From Eledone cirrhosa (taxonomy: Eukaryota), in NCBI GenBank assembly GCA_964016885.1, contig OZ024742.1, positions 214,458,001 through 214,522,000 of the forward strand: 64,000 bases of DNA, in the 5' to 3' direction. Shown here piece after piece: positions 15,100 to 27,050 of the stretch. The notes beneath the pieces were generated by a model. That model was not told the DNA's origin, did not search any database, and saw nothing but the letters and a program-made list of their open reading frames with translations. Each line of letters starts with the position of its first letter. Within the stretch, counting starts at the first letter, position 1. The position numbers and the translations under genes were made by a program.

Positions 15100-15987
15100 A
15101 AGAAAAAGAGATACAAAAACATAATCTGGTATAATGCTCCTTTCTCCATCTCTATTAATAAAAATATTCCTAAATTATTCTTTAGTGCCTTATATAAATG
15201 CTTCCCTCCCTCACATATCTATAGTAAAATATTTAACAAACACACTATAAAACTTTCCTATTCTACATCCTCCAACATTTCCAACATTATCTCTAAACAC
15301 AACAATAAAATACTAAATACTAAATCTCTTCCTTCCAACACTCATTATCATAATAATAGTAATAGTACTCCCGACGTCATTGTAAACCCTAGGCTAATTT
15401 CTGTAAACCTAAATACAACGTCAAACACAACTTCGCTAAATGTTCTTAATCTCATTCTAAATCAAGAAACTATTATTCCTATCGCAAACAACTTCTCCAA
15501 TCCAATTCCTTCTATAGATAACACTAGGTCACGCGTTAATAATCTCTCTAATCGCAATTGCAATTGCCCTGTTAAAAATAAATGTCCTCTCAACAACCAT
15601 TGTCTTGATAAAAACTTAATTTACGAATGTAAAGTTATAACTGACACCAATTCCTTCACCTATTTTGGCTCCACTTCCACCTCTTTTAAAGCTCGTCTTT
15701 ATAACCATCATTCGTCTTTTAAATACAAACTTAAAAGAACCAACACGGCTCTCTCAGAACTCATATGGTCCTTGAAAGACAAAAATATTAAATATAGCAT
15801 CATTTGGAAGAAGGTTTCTTCTGCGTCTCAATACTTGAACAGTTCTCTATCCAAAATTTGCAATCTCTGTCTAAATGAAAAATTTACCATTATATCTAAT
15901 TTAGATTCTATAATAAATAGACGCACTGACTTGTTTTCTATCTGCTTGCATAAATTCCACAAAACATTCCACAAAGTATACAGCTAA
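15100..15987 (+). pseudogene. PLE ORF C-terminal part (thumb, linker, GIY-YIG); open frame with no start codon
   Basis: Own translation: KNIIWYNAPFS...CNCPVKNKCPLNNHC...LIY...YFGST...FKARLYNH...CNLCLNEK. Confidence 0.85.
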
Positions 15988-16924
15988 TATCCAAATCTTT
16001 ATCAATTTAGAATCTTTTTTGTCAAAGGCACATATATGTATTTACACTTCTTTAAAAATATACCCATCTTTCTACCTTATTTCAAAGGTTATTATACATT
16101 CTATAATACTTGTTACTCATTCTATATCGCTCCTATTTATCACTTCCCTTTCTTCTCTTTTTCTTTTAATGCCTAACCCCTAATATGTACCTTTTCTCAC
16201 TGTTGCCTAACATAGAATCAATTATTACATAATACAATACATTCTTACTCTATATCACCTTGTAAAAATCCTTCGTAAACATAAACATCTTTTTGACGTT
16301 AGATTATTCATCCTCAATTCATTATTCTTTTCTCCCTTTCATCTAACTCATTCATGCTCATCTCACAATATATCCTTACTTAAATTACCTGTTGTTCTTT
16401 TTAATAATACATATCAACATTTTCTTTCCATCGCACATATTATTAAACCCTTAAATATCATTCTTAATACATATTAACTTTTTCTTTCCATCGCACATGT
16501 TATTAAACCCTTAAATATTATTCTTAATACATATTAACATTTTCTTTTCATCGCACATATTATTAAACCCCTCAATATACAAACCTTAACTTTACATTAT
16601 TTTTCTCTTCGTTAATTTTCAAATTCTTTTAATTTATACATTATCTTCCAACGGTTTTCAACCTCTGTATGTAAAACAATATATCTTTCTCAGTTATAAA
16701 AGCTATCTCTCTCTCTCTATCACCCATCTCTCCTCATATCTCACCCTTCCTCATTATACTCCTCCCTCTGCACTTTTTACTCTCATCTCCTCCCCTTTTT
16801 CATCCCCCCCTCAAAATAAAATATTTTTCCCAATATCACACATCAATCTAAAACTACTTCTCATATGTTGATTTAAAACTGCACTATCCACAAGTGTTTT
16901 TTAACCTTCATATCATGTCTTCCG

Positions 16925-16993
16925 GTTTTATCTGATGAAAACACAAATATTATTGCATGATGATGTTTGTTTTTGAAATGCGCATAATAAAAT
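16925..16993 (+). ncRNA. Minimal type I hammerhead ribozyme
   Basis: gttttat CTGATGA...GAAA tgcgca TA ataaaat. Confidence 0.82.
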
Positions 16994-17149
16994 ACATGGA
17001 ACTCTTTTAACCATCTTTTGTTCTTATATATTATGTAAACTCCAGTCCTACAAATTGTAGAGTGCTTCTTATCCGATATCTGCATTGCTTTATTGTACTA
17101 CAATAACACTCACCTCCTACAATGCAGATATCGGATAAGAAGCACTCTA

Positions 17150-17193
<44 letters not shown>

Positions 17194-17198
<5 letters not shown>

Positions 17199-18151
17199 AT
17201 ATTTAGAAACACACAGATACATGCGGACACACACATATACATGAATGCATCCTCATCCAACTGTGAGTCAATGGTGCCAACCCTACCGATGTTGCTCAAT
17301 GAATGACTGGGACAGACCAATCCGGTTGAACCAGACTGAACCAGTATCAGAGTTAAAAATACATTATGAAGAGAGAAGGAACATTTAGATACAATTAGCA
17401 ATAAAATGTATCATACCTAAACTGCTCCTAGATTCCTCGACTACGTAGTTTCGTGGCATAAACAAAAACAGTACATCATAAAGATATAGAGCCTTTGCGA
17501 GGTCTGCCGACTTATCAAGAGGATACCTCATTTTATAGCTTCAAGAACGCGTCTACACGACGTGAGAAAGAATCCCAAAAGGCGGAGGGGGAGATAGTCA
17601 CGCGATATAACGGTCGAGAAACAGAGCTAAGCCTCTTATAACCCCGAAGAAAATACCACGGAGGCGGAGGGGGTATTTATATCGAAGCCGTAGAAGAGGT
17701 GGTAAAGGAGGCGAGAAGTATGAGTAATGGCAGCTTTCCAGCTGTCACTACACTTCAAAGATTACTCGACCAGAGGGAGTTATGAACAATATATTTAGAA
17801 ACACACAGATACATGCGGACACACACATATACATGAATGCATCCACATCCAACTGTGAGTCAATGGTGCCAACCCTACCGATGTTGCTCAATGAATGACT
17901 GGGACAGACCAATCCGGTTGAACCAGACTGAACCAGTATCAGAGTTAAAGATACATTATGAAGAGAGAAGGAACATTTAGATACAATTAGCAATAAAATG
18001 TATCATACCTAAACTGCTCCTAGATTCTTTATGATGTACTGTTTTTGTTTATGCCACGAAACTACGTAGTCGAGGAATCTAGGAGCAGTTTAGGTATGAT
18101 ACATTTTATTGCTAATTGTATCTAAATGTTCCTTCTCTCTTCATAATGTAT
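17194..18151 (-). mobile_element. PLE-like remnant: tandem pLTRs plus terminal inversion
   Basis: Direct repeat 17194-17435 / 17786-18027; inversion 17951-18027 / 18075-18151; degenerate hammerhead (GAAA ctacgtag TC); (TA)n on both flanks. Confidence 0.6.
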
Positions 18152-18690
18152 ATATATATATATATATATATATATTCGCTGCGTCTCGGTTTTGGTAATT
18201 GCCATCGCTTGGCAATTTTCTCCCGCCTGTGTGGCACGAATATGACATTTAGCCCTGCCAAGGAATTAGATTCCATTCTTCATATGCTGCAGCGAGTGTA
18301 AAAGGAAAAGGCCATGCTCATGGAACATAAGTGAAAGTTATTTAGATCCAGTGATAGCTGAGCTCCCAGCTTATTTTATTGAAGAAAGAACTTGCATTGA
18401 ATCAATCCCCACTCTGAACAACGGTGACAGGTTCCCAAAACAAAGATGTTAGCATTATTGGCTGCCATCTTGTTGCAAGTTTTACATGCTATTCTAACAA
18501 GAAAGAAAAATCTCTCAATTCCGGTGGGCTGACCATTTACTCGGGCACCAAAAGGGATAGTTTCATATCCCCGCGAAAACTTGAGCCATACGTTCACCGT
18601 AGAGCTCTAACATTTTACGAATTGAAGCGGGTAAACCACAATAACGATATACGTTTAATACTTGATACATTGGGATAAATCATAAATATC

Positions 18691-18764
<74 letters not shown>

Positions 18765-18780
18765 AAGGATAAAAAACCCT

Positions 18781-18829
<49 letters not shown>

Positions 18830-18852
18830 TGTATAAAAATCAATACAATATA

Positions 18853-18930
18853 ATTACCTCATTACAAGAGGTTTCCCGAATGAGGCGAATACAAAATAAA
18901 CGACTTCATTCGTTCGTCAGACGAGGCAAT
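18853..18930 (-). ncRNA. Type I hammerhead ribozyme
   Basis: attgcctcgt CTGACGA a cgaatga...tcattcg g GAAA cctcttg TA atgaggtaat. Confidence 0.75.
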
Positions 18931-20140
18931 ATAAAACATGGGCAAATACTTAGAAAAACACATCAAGAAAATCAAAAAAAGATATAGATAAATGAAATAG
19001 AAATTGAAATATATAAAAAATCTATCAAGAAATATAGTTAGGTGTGTGTATATGTATGTATATACGGTCACAGATGTGCATATATGTATATGCGCACATA
19101 TATATGTATAGTGAGAAAGTGTGCGTAATTCTAAAATTTAGGGCAAATGTGTCTATATGTCTGTATTATACAGACAGAAATGGTTACATCGTAAATATAT
19201 GAATATGAAGGCGCGCGTATAAAACGCCTGCATACTCGTACACTTAGATGCGGAAAGAATGGAGGTAAGGGAGTGTAATAATTAAAAGAAAAGTATCAGT
19301 CTCGATATATTTATAAAAATATAATAACGATAAATTAGAAAGAAAAGATATTAGAAAGAAAAAATTAAAGAAAACAAAAAAAGGGGGTACATACATACAC
19401 AGACATGCGTGTCTCACAAAAGAAATGTAAAAATAATTATGCTTATATACACACGCGCACTTACACATCCATACGTTCGATACGTACATACACACACAAC
19501 ACACACACATACTTATAGTCACGCATATAAACCTGTTTGCATGCCCACGCATGAAACTGAGTAAGTAAAAAAAAGGAAAGGGGGGTGGGGTGGAGAAGAA
19601 AAAAGGAACAAAACATAAAACCGAGATGTCAAAAACACGGATATAAAGACACGTACACATACGCATAATATATACATACACACACACACAAACACATGTA
19701 CACACACATATATATACATATATATATATATATACATATACATACACGCACGCGCGCGCACACACGTAGTCACTCATGTACATATATAAAAAGTATACAC
19801 ACATTAAGGCGTTCAGCCATATTGATACAGGGTGTAAAAAACTTGTGGATAAATAAGTACAAATATAAAATTGTAAGATAGGCTGCGCAAAAATAAAATA
19901 AAAATAGAAATGAAAAATATATCTGGATTGAAAAACACAAAAGACCAGTGTAATCAGTTAGTGGAGGAAAAAGGGAAGTAAAAGAAGGGGAAGTAAAAAA
20001 TAGAAAATAGAAAGTGGATCGGAGAATAAAGGGGGGGGGGGATGTGAAGTAAAAATAAAAGTGAAAATAAATGAAATTATTGACAAGGATAAAAATGAAA
20101 GTAAGTCAGAAAAGGTAATTAAAAAGAGAATAATAAGTGT

Positions 20141-21563
20141 TTATGGAGGATAAGTATCTGAAAGTGTGTTAAGTTTATATGAGCTGGAAAGCAGGTGTGA
20201 TTTCATGTGTGGGCAACTGGTGAAAATTTCCGTCTTTGTGTTCAGGCAGGTCTTTGGTGATTTAAGATTTTGCAATATCCAAAATTTTTCATTTATGCAG
20301 AGCGTGCACTTTCTTGTTCCTCTAGCATATTTTTTAGATTGGTTCAAAATTGACCAATCTAGTTTATATTTGATGCCTTGGTCTTTCAAATCCTAAATTC
20401 TGCTAGCCAGAGCTGTTGTAAATCTTTTTTCTGGATGTCGAAAGGATGCGACATGTGAGTAATAACGCGTTTTGAATCTGTCTTGCGTCATACCCACATA
20501 TCGTTCACTGGTGGCTGGATGGTTGTTGCTGATGGTTGTCACTTTAGCCGCATATACAATGGCTTTGGTGTTGCATTTACCTTGTAATGGGCATTCACTT
20601 TTGATTCTACAGGAGCAAGTTTGATTTTCTCTAGGTGATATTTTGTTGAGGATATAGGACTTAATAGGGGGACCGCAGGAATAGCTAATTTTAACACAGT
20701 TTCTGTTAAAGATCTTATAGTATCTATGTGTTCTAGGGAAATGTTTATCTAGGAGTTCTAGGAATTTTTTGCCTACATTAGTTTTAACTGCTAGAGAGTA
20801 GGGGGGTGTGAACCAGATTATTTTTCTTTTCCTATTTTTATGTGTAATAGAGTTAGTGTAGTTAGGTATGTATTTAATCGGTTCGCTAAAGCCGCTATTT
20901 TGGAGGGCTTTATTATAGTAGGGGGATGCCTTATTAAAAATAGCTTCTGAGGAAGAGAGGGTGGAGATCCTACGGCTAATATTAGGGATAAGGTTTTTAA
21001 AAACTATAGGTGGATGGCAAGATCCTTTATTTATATATTTTAAGTTTTCATTAGGTTTATGGTATGGTTTATAAGAAGCAGTAGGCAAATCTAGGTTTAT
21101 ATCTAGGAAATCTACGTTGGAAAGGTTAGTGTCAATAGTAATTTTAAGATTAAAACTAGCGAAGGTTTTTATTAAGTCTTTCCTTAATCTATCTAAGTTA
21201 TGGCCTATGGTGGTATGGGAAAGTATTAGACCATCATCGCGATAAAGCCCAAAAATATGGTTAGGAAATTTTTCTTTAAGTGTATGTAAGAGGAATAGGC
21301 CGACAAGATCACAAACCTCGGCACTGTCATAAGAGCCCATTGAGACATCGAATGGGTTCTCTGGGTTAGATATTTTTACCCAAGAGTCATTATCATTAAA
21401 AAGTAGAGTGTTCCTAGCATGCAAGATGACATTTTCTTCAATATTGGAGATATTAGTGAACCCGCTAGCGAAATTTAAAGCTTTCACTAAAAGGGTCTGA
21501 GTAATAGATGGGTAGAAATCTACAATGTCAAATTGGGTGAATCTAGAACTGATTTTGTTTTTA
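20141..21563 (-). pseudogene. PLE reverse transcriptase + GIY-YIG endonuclease, one nonsense codon
   Basis: FDIVDFYPSI, MGSYDSAEVCDLVG, YRDD, RKIIWFTPPYS, CSCRIKSECPLQGKC, IVY...YVG; TAG at 20393-20395 in place of the Trp of IW.LKD, frame continues to 20141. Confidence 0.9.
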
Positions 21564-21565
21564 TA

Positions 21566-21890
21566 TATATATTATTCAAAATGTTAATAAATGAAAAATA
21601 TTCTCATAATGAAAATATATATTTTATTATACATATTTCAAAGGTATTGAATAATCAAAACCGTAGCGGTATGTCACATATCAAGTCTTATATTTTGTCT
21701 GATGAAAACGTACTTAAACACCATTGTATCTTTGAAATATGTATAATAAAATATATATTTTGATTATGAGAATATTTTTCAATTATTAACATTTTGAATA
21801 ATATTAAATACTCCAGGAAAATCGTTTGTCGAGTGCTTCCAATCTATTGTAAAATTGTATTCGTTGATTAATCAACGAACCATATTAATT
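21566..21890 (+). mobile_element. Fold-back PLE remnant
   Basis: Imperfect arms ~21568-21648 and ~21727-21805; tail TACTCCAG...GAGTGCTTC resembles that of the 14294 family. Confidence 0.6.
21689..21755 (+). ncRNA. Hammerhead ribozyme, partly decayed stem II
   Basis: tatattttgt CTGATGA...GAAA tatgta TA ataaaatata. Confidence 0.6.
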
Positions 21891-21907
21891 TTTGGTTATA
21901 TATATAA

Positions 21908-21963
<56 letters not shown>

Positions 21964-22994
21964 ATGTATATACGAGTGTGTGTCTGTTTATTATGCATAT
22001 ACTCTTTTATATAAAACACATGGCGAACTCGTATGTTCCTGCCTACTGAGGTTATTATTGCTTTGTTTGCCAGCCATTGGAAAGTGTGAGCGTATATAAG
22101 CAGACACAAACATATACATATTTATATAAAGTATCTGTTTCTTTCTCTCACATTCCCACTGTCACTAAACACACGCACATGCACAAACACATACAGACAC
22201 ATATACACCCCCACATAATATATATAACCAATAAGCAGCATAGTCAGTATGCTTTTTAATCAATTTTAACTGAAATCAATTGCAAAGTGAATATTTGTCA
22301 CGTAAGGAGTTATGAAATCTAATAACTGTTATGTATATTTTATAACGCAATGGTGTTTGTTAAATGAATAAAATATCAGTCTTAGTGCACTGTTAAGACG
22401 TCTGACAGAAAATACTCCGTTCTCCATTGCATTCTCTTTCCTATGAATGTTTATAGGTGTAAATGAATACTCTGGTCGTCAGTGAATAAAAAATATTATA
22501 ATAATATCATAATATTATTACTATTCGTTTTTTTTTTTAAGTAAACAGCCTCATAAAACACTACGTGTTAAATGACAACTATAATTATTTACTCACAAAT
22601 ACATTTAGATATCCCCACGTTAAGAGCGAAAACACATTTTGTTTTTTAATACTGTGATTATTTATTGGGAAATAAGCTCACTGAAATAATTCAATACTGA
22701 AATAATTCAGAACTGAAGCATTCAAATATTTTCTTTTCTCATGAGATGTGTTTATTATTTCACACACATATTAGGGATTTGAAGCCATACATTAGGAGCA
22801 TATATTCCTTTTTATCGGTTTCCTTATCAATAATGATATGTGCATTTCCTAGTCGTGATTTCTCAGAGTCATGACCACAATCCAGAAATATCCTCATGTT
22901 GATGTCCACGCATCATTTTCTTATCATCGTTTCATAATAATGATGAAATTGCTGATTAAGGGGAACTCCATTAACATCATAGCCGTTATCATTA

Positions 22995-23145
22995 TCTATA
23001 TAACTAAAACAGAGAATGTATGTATGTCTGTCTGTCCAATCACTAAAATTCATGAACCACTCAACCGATTGTTTTCAAACTTTACACATGTAATACTTAT
23101 GGTCCTGTGAGTTTTTGAGCAAAGTCAAATTCAAATATTCAATGC
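22995..23145 (+). mobile_element. Non-autonomous Helitron-like 5' end
   Basis: A|TCTATATAACTAAAAC...(GTCT)n...AACCGATT; homologous to 44631-44685. Confidence 0.5.
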
Positions 23146-23166
23146 CTTACCGACCGCATTTAGCGA

Positions 23167-23197
<31 letters not shown>

Positions 23198-23348
23198 TTT
23201 TAGATAGATACATAGATATAACGTTACGCCCTTATAATATCTGTCTATATGCCTGGCTGTCTGCATTACGAGATTATGACGTAGCTGTGTGTTTGTATAT
23301 ATGTGTGTGCGTGTGTGTGTATGTGTGTGCGTGTGCGTGTGTATAGTG

Positions 23349-23385
<37 letters not shown>

Positions 23386-23435
23386 AAGTTTTCGAAATAT
23401 TTACTTCTGCGTTCACAGATTCATTTTTTAATTTC

Positions 23436-23486
23436 AGTTTCAGAAGATCCCGTTAAAGGTGAAAGCAGGGATTCTTTGCTTAAACT
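23436..23486 (+). ncRNA. Hammerhead-like motif with CAGAAGA core, copy 2
   Basis: Near-identical to 11270-11320. Confidence 0.55.
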
Positions 23487-23507
23487 TTAATCTCTTATTT
23501 TATTATA

Positions 23508-24533
23508 TCTAGGCTTAATCATAACTTTTAACTTTGTCTTGCCTCCTTCTACTAGCACTTAACTAAATCCCCCACCAGTGTGAATAACTAGTAAACGTTT
23601 GGTAAATACGTTGGCCGGCGCAAGGTGGCGGACATCCCGCTAACACATCCGACGCTTTAGACAGTTAACAATCCTGGAGTGCTCGGAAAAATAAATTTCC
23701 ATTTCTTTCGCTAGACGACATTACTCGGAACGGCTGGCACGCCGTTGAGCCCCGGGCTGGCCGGTGGTCCGCTACGTCGCTGCTTATTGACCGCTAGGCA
23801 TGGGCTTAATCTTTACTCTATATTCTACCCTGAAACTATATCGTGACTATCTATAATGAACTTAAACTTTTTCATAAAAGCCTCCCTCTGTAAATTCTTT
23901 AACTAAATCTCACAACTTCGAACCTAAACCTTATTTTTCTAATTTCAGACGCCCACTATATATTAATATATATAGATCTGTTAAAGACATATGTTCTTTG
24001 ATATTTTTCGCGGCACTTTCTAGCACGCATGGCCAGCTTGATTGTGACCTGAGCTCAACGCTGGCCTCTGTCTTTGATGGGGTGATAATAGTACACTATA
24101 AGCCTACGTCCCTTATTAAGCCTACGTGATTATTAAGCCTACTTATGTCCATCTGGACATAAGTAGGCTTAATAATCACCACTTGAGGGCGACCGACCCG
24201 GGTAGAAGTGCTAAATGTTCGGTCGCCCTAATGTCTCTGATTTTCAGCCCCATGGATTTTGTCTATTATATTCCTTTGTTATATTTCGAATACCTGATGA
24301 TGTCACCGGATTCATACTGAACCCGGTCATTGAAATGATCATAGTATAATAAATCTGTTAAGGAATTACACCAGTCCAGCCTCCTGTTATTTTACAATAA
24401 TTAGCTCCCTACTCGCACCACCAACTACACAAACGAAGACGGGTGAGTTGCATTACGTTGAGTGCTCTCCATAATATTACATCGAGGTTGACCATAAGGA
24501 ATGACCAGTTCTATCCAGTGGTGAACCAACAAA
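23508..24533 (+). mobile_element. Hammerhead-bearing non-coding PLE-like repeat (structured-RNA family), copy 1
   Basis: Homologous to 25763-26807 and 49188-50132. Confidence 0.7.
24290..24347 (+). ncRNA. Minimal type I hammerhead ribozyme
   Basis: atac CTGATGA tgtcaccgg...ccggtcatt GAAA tgatca TA gtat. Confidence 0.8.
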
Positions 24534-24546
24534 CGCATATATATAA

Positions 24547-24739
24547 TTGTTTCTACTTTAGGGACAAGGCCAGCAATTACCCAGTGCATTACTGGTACTT
24601 TATTTTATCGACCCCGTAATGATGAAAGGCAAAGTCAACCTCGGCGGGATTTGAACTCAGATCGTAAAGGGACGTAACTGCTGGAAATGCTGGAAAGCAT
24701 GGCGTCCAACCCTCTACTGATACTGCCAATCCACCGCCC
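24547..24739 (-). mobile_element. tRNA-derived SINE copy 3
   Basis: Same A box, B-box-like motif and body as 4322-4506. Confidence 0.85.
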
Positions 24740-24744
24740 TTCAC

Positions 24745-26807
24745 AAACCCATATAAATAATGCTCCATGAAATGTCGAGCGCTTTCAGATGTAATAATGA
24801 ACAGCGGCACTGACTCCAGTGTACAGCTATCGCCAGCATGAGACTAACTACGCACCTTTCGGATTATGGCTGCCTTGACCTTTGTCTACCGCCCACCTGG
24901 ACCATGCATTGCTGCTTCCCTGTCGGGAATATTCAGACTCCGTCAGACCTCATAGATTCTTCAAAAAGTCAACATATTTTGCTATACCCTGTATTGTATT
25001 GACTGAATTCCCTATCCTATATTTCAGGGCTTTTGGGATTCACATTGAAAATTAAGACTCGAACCTACACTAGGTATCACCTGATGCCATTCCAACTCTT
25101 CCATCCTCTATATCTATATGTATAACCTTGCATCCTCCTACCGTGCTATATATTGCCCATTTACTGCACCTTGATATGTATTTTATTTCTTCGGTATTGT
25201 GATTTTTTCGATATGTTCTTATATACTTCCTTTTTACTCCCTACATCACCACCCTAGGTTTGGCTGCATTTTATTTATGTATTTTACTTATGTTTTTATT
25301 TATGTGTGTATTTATTTACTCGCTTTACTCTCCTTATATACTTGTCCTTGTACTCATTAGCACACGACCCTAGAATATTACTCTATGTACCCTTATATCT
25401 GTTTATCTTTATTCACTCCCCCTATCCACCCAGGAATCATACTACATATAACCCGGACTAAATGGGGACTAATTAAAGTCTATTTGCACATTTCATCAGA
25501 TTTTATAACTTTCAACTTCACATCACGGGTGTGAATAACAAATAATCGTTAGGTACACGCGTTGATCCGACGGATGTGGCGGCTTTCCCGACTGCACGCC
25601 AGGCGCTCGGAACGATCAGCCAGCCTAGAGTGCTTGGAAAAATAAATTTCCCCTATTTTCGGTAAACGAAATTACTCGGAACGATTGCTTCGCCCTGGGG
25701 CCGTGTCGGACTTGGAACCCGCCGCGACACCGGTTATTTACCGCCAAACAATACCTTTAAATTCTAGGCTTAATCATAACTTTTAACTTTATCTTGCCTC
25801 CTTCTACTATCACTTAACTAAATCGCCCACCAGTATGAATAACTAGTAATCGTTTGGTATATACGATGGCCGGACGACGGTGGCGGACTTCCCGCTAGCA
25901 CACCCGACGCTTAAGACAGTTAACATTCCTGGAGTGCTCGGAAAAATAAATTTCCATTTCTTTCTGTAGACGATAATACTCGGAACGGCTGGCACGCCGT
26001 TGGGCACCGGTCTGGCTGGGGTCCGCAACGTCGCTGGTTATTGACCGCTAAGCATGGGCTTAATCTTTACTCTATATTCTACCCTGAAACTATATCGTGA
26101 CTATCTATAATACACTTAAACTTTTTCATAAAAGCCTCCCCCTAAACCTTATTTTTCTAATTTCATCTTAAATGGAATCTTCTAACTCTAAACATAAATT
26201 TAAGGTTTCTAATTGTTAATCGTAATTTCTGTCCATACATGATACCATGCAGACGCCCACTATATATTACTATATATAGATCTGTTAAAGATATATGTTC
26301 TTTAATAATTTTCGCGGCACTTTCTAGCACGCATGGCCAGCATCATTGTGACCTGATCTCAACGCTGGCCTCTGTTTTTGACGGGCTGGTAGTAGTACAC
26401 TATAAGCCTACGTCCCTTCACCAGATGGACATAAGTAGGCTTAATAATCACCAATTGAGGGCGACCGACCGGGGTAGAAGCTGCTAAATGTTCGGTCGCT
26501 CTCATGTCTCTGATTTTCAGCCCCATGGATTCTGTCTATTATATTCCTTTGTTATATTTCAAATACCTGATGATGTCACCAGATTAATACTGAACGCGGT
26601 CATTGAAATGATCATAGTATAATAAGCTTTTTAAGGAATTACAAACGTCCAGCCTCCTGTTATTTTACAATAATTAACTCCCTACTCGCACCACCAACTA
26701 CACAAACGAAGACGGGTGAGTTGCATTACGTAGAGTTCTTTCCATAATATTACATCGAGGTTGACCATACGGAATCACCAGTTCTTTCAAGTGGTGAACC
26801 AACAAAC
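24745..26807 (+). mobile_element. Longest copy of the structured-RNA PLE-like family (5' boundary uncertain)
   Basis: Two tandem diverged GC-rich units (25526-25745, 25830-26048), a hammerhead and the family tail. Confidence 0.6.
26563..26620 (+). ncRNA. Minimal type I hammerhead ribozyme
   Basis: atac CTGATGA...GAAA tgatca TA gtat. Confidence 0.75.
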
Positions 26808-27011
26808 ATAAATAAATATATATATATATATATAATTATATATTGGTTTACAGATAATTTTGCATACACATTAACAAAATATAAACAAAAGTATTTATTT
26901 CGCGATAAAGTATTAATGTTCTTCGCACAGAATGTACGACGGATTTTTTTCATGAGCACAAAATGTAGACACCGTCCGGAGGCCGAGGAATTCCGTACTT
27001 CTCGGTACTGT

Positions 27012-27046
<35 letters not shown>

Positions 27047-27050
27047 ATTA

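Larger units (their letters stand above)
14294..17121 (+). mobile_element. 5'-truncated Naiad-like Penelope element with inverted 5' pLTR, inserted in (TA)n
   Basis: 14294-15111 is the reverse complement of ~16153-17030; GIY-YIG coding body; hammerheads in both arms. Confidence 0.88.
18830..21563 (-). mobile_element. 5'-truncated Naiad-like Penelope element
   Basis: RT plus GIY-YIG ORF, ~1.3-kb 3' region and hammerhead; ends at (TA)n. Confidence 0.85.

Noticed and set aside
18376-18678. Unique-sequence ORFs as a host exon
   Set aside because: No recognisable domain on either strand; cannot be supported without RNA data
20393-20395. In-frame stop as possible selenocysteine recoding, as reported for some Naiads
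   Set aside because: The codon is TAG at a Trp position, not TGA at a Cys position; no SECIS recognised
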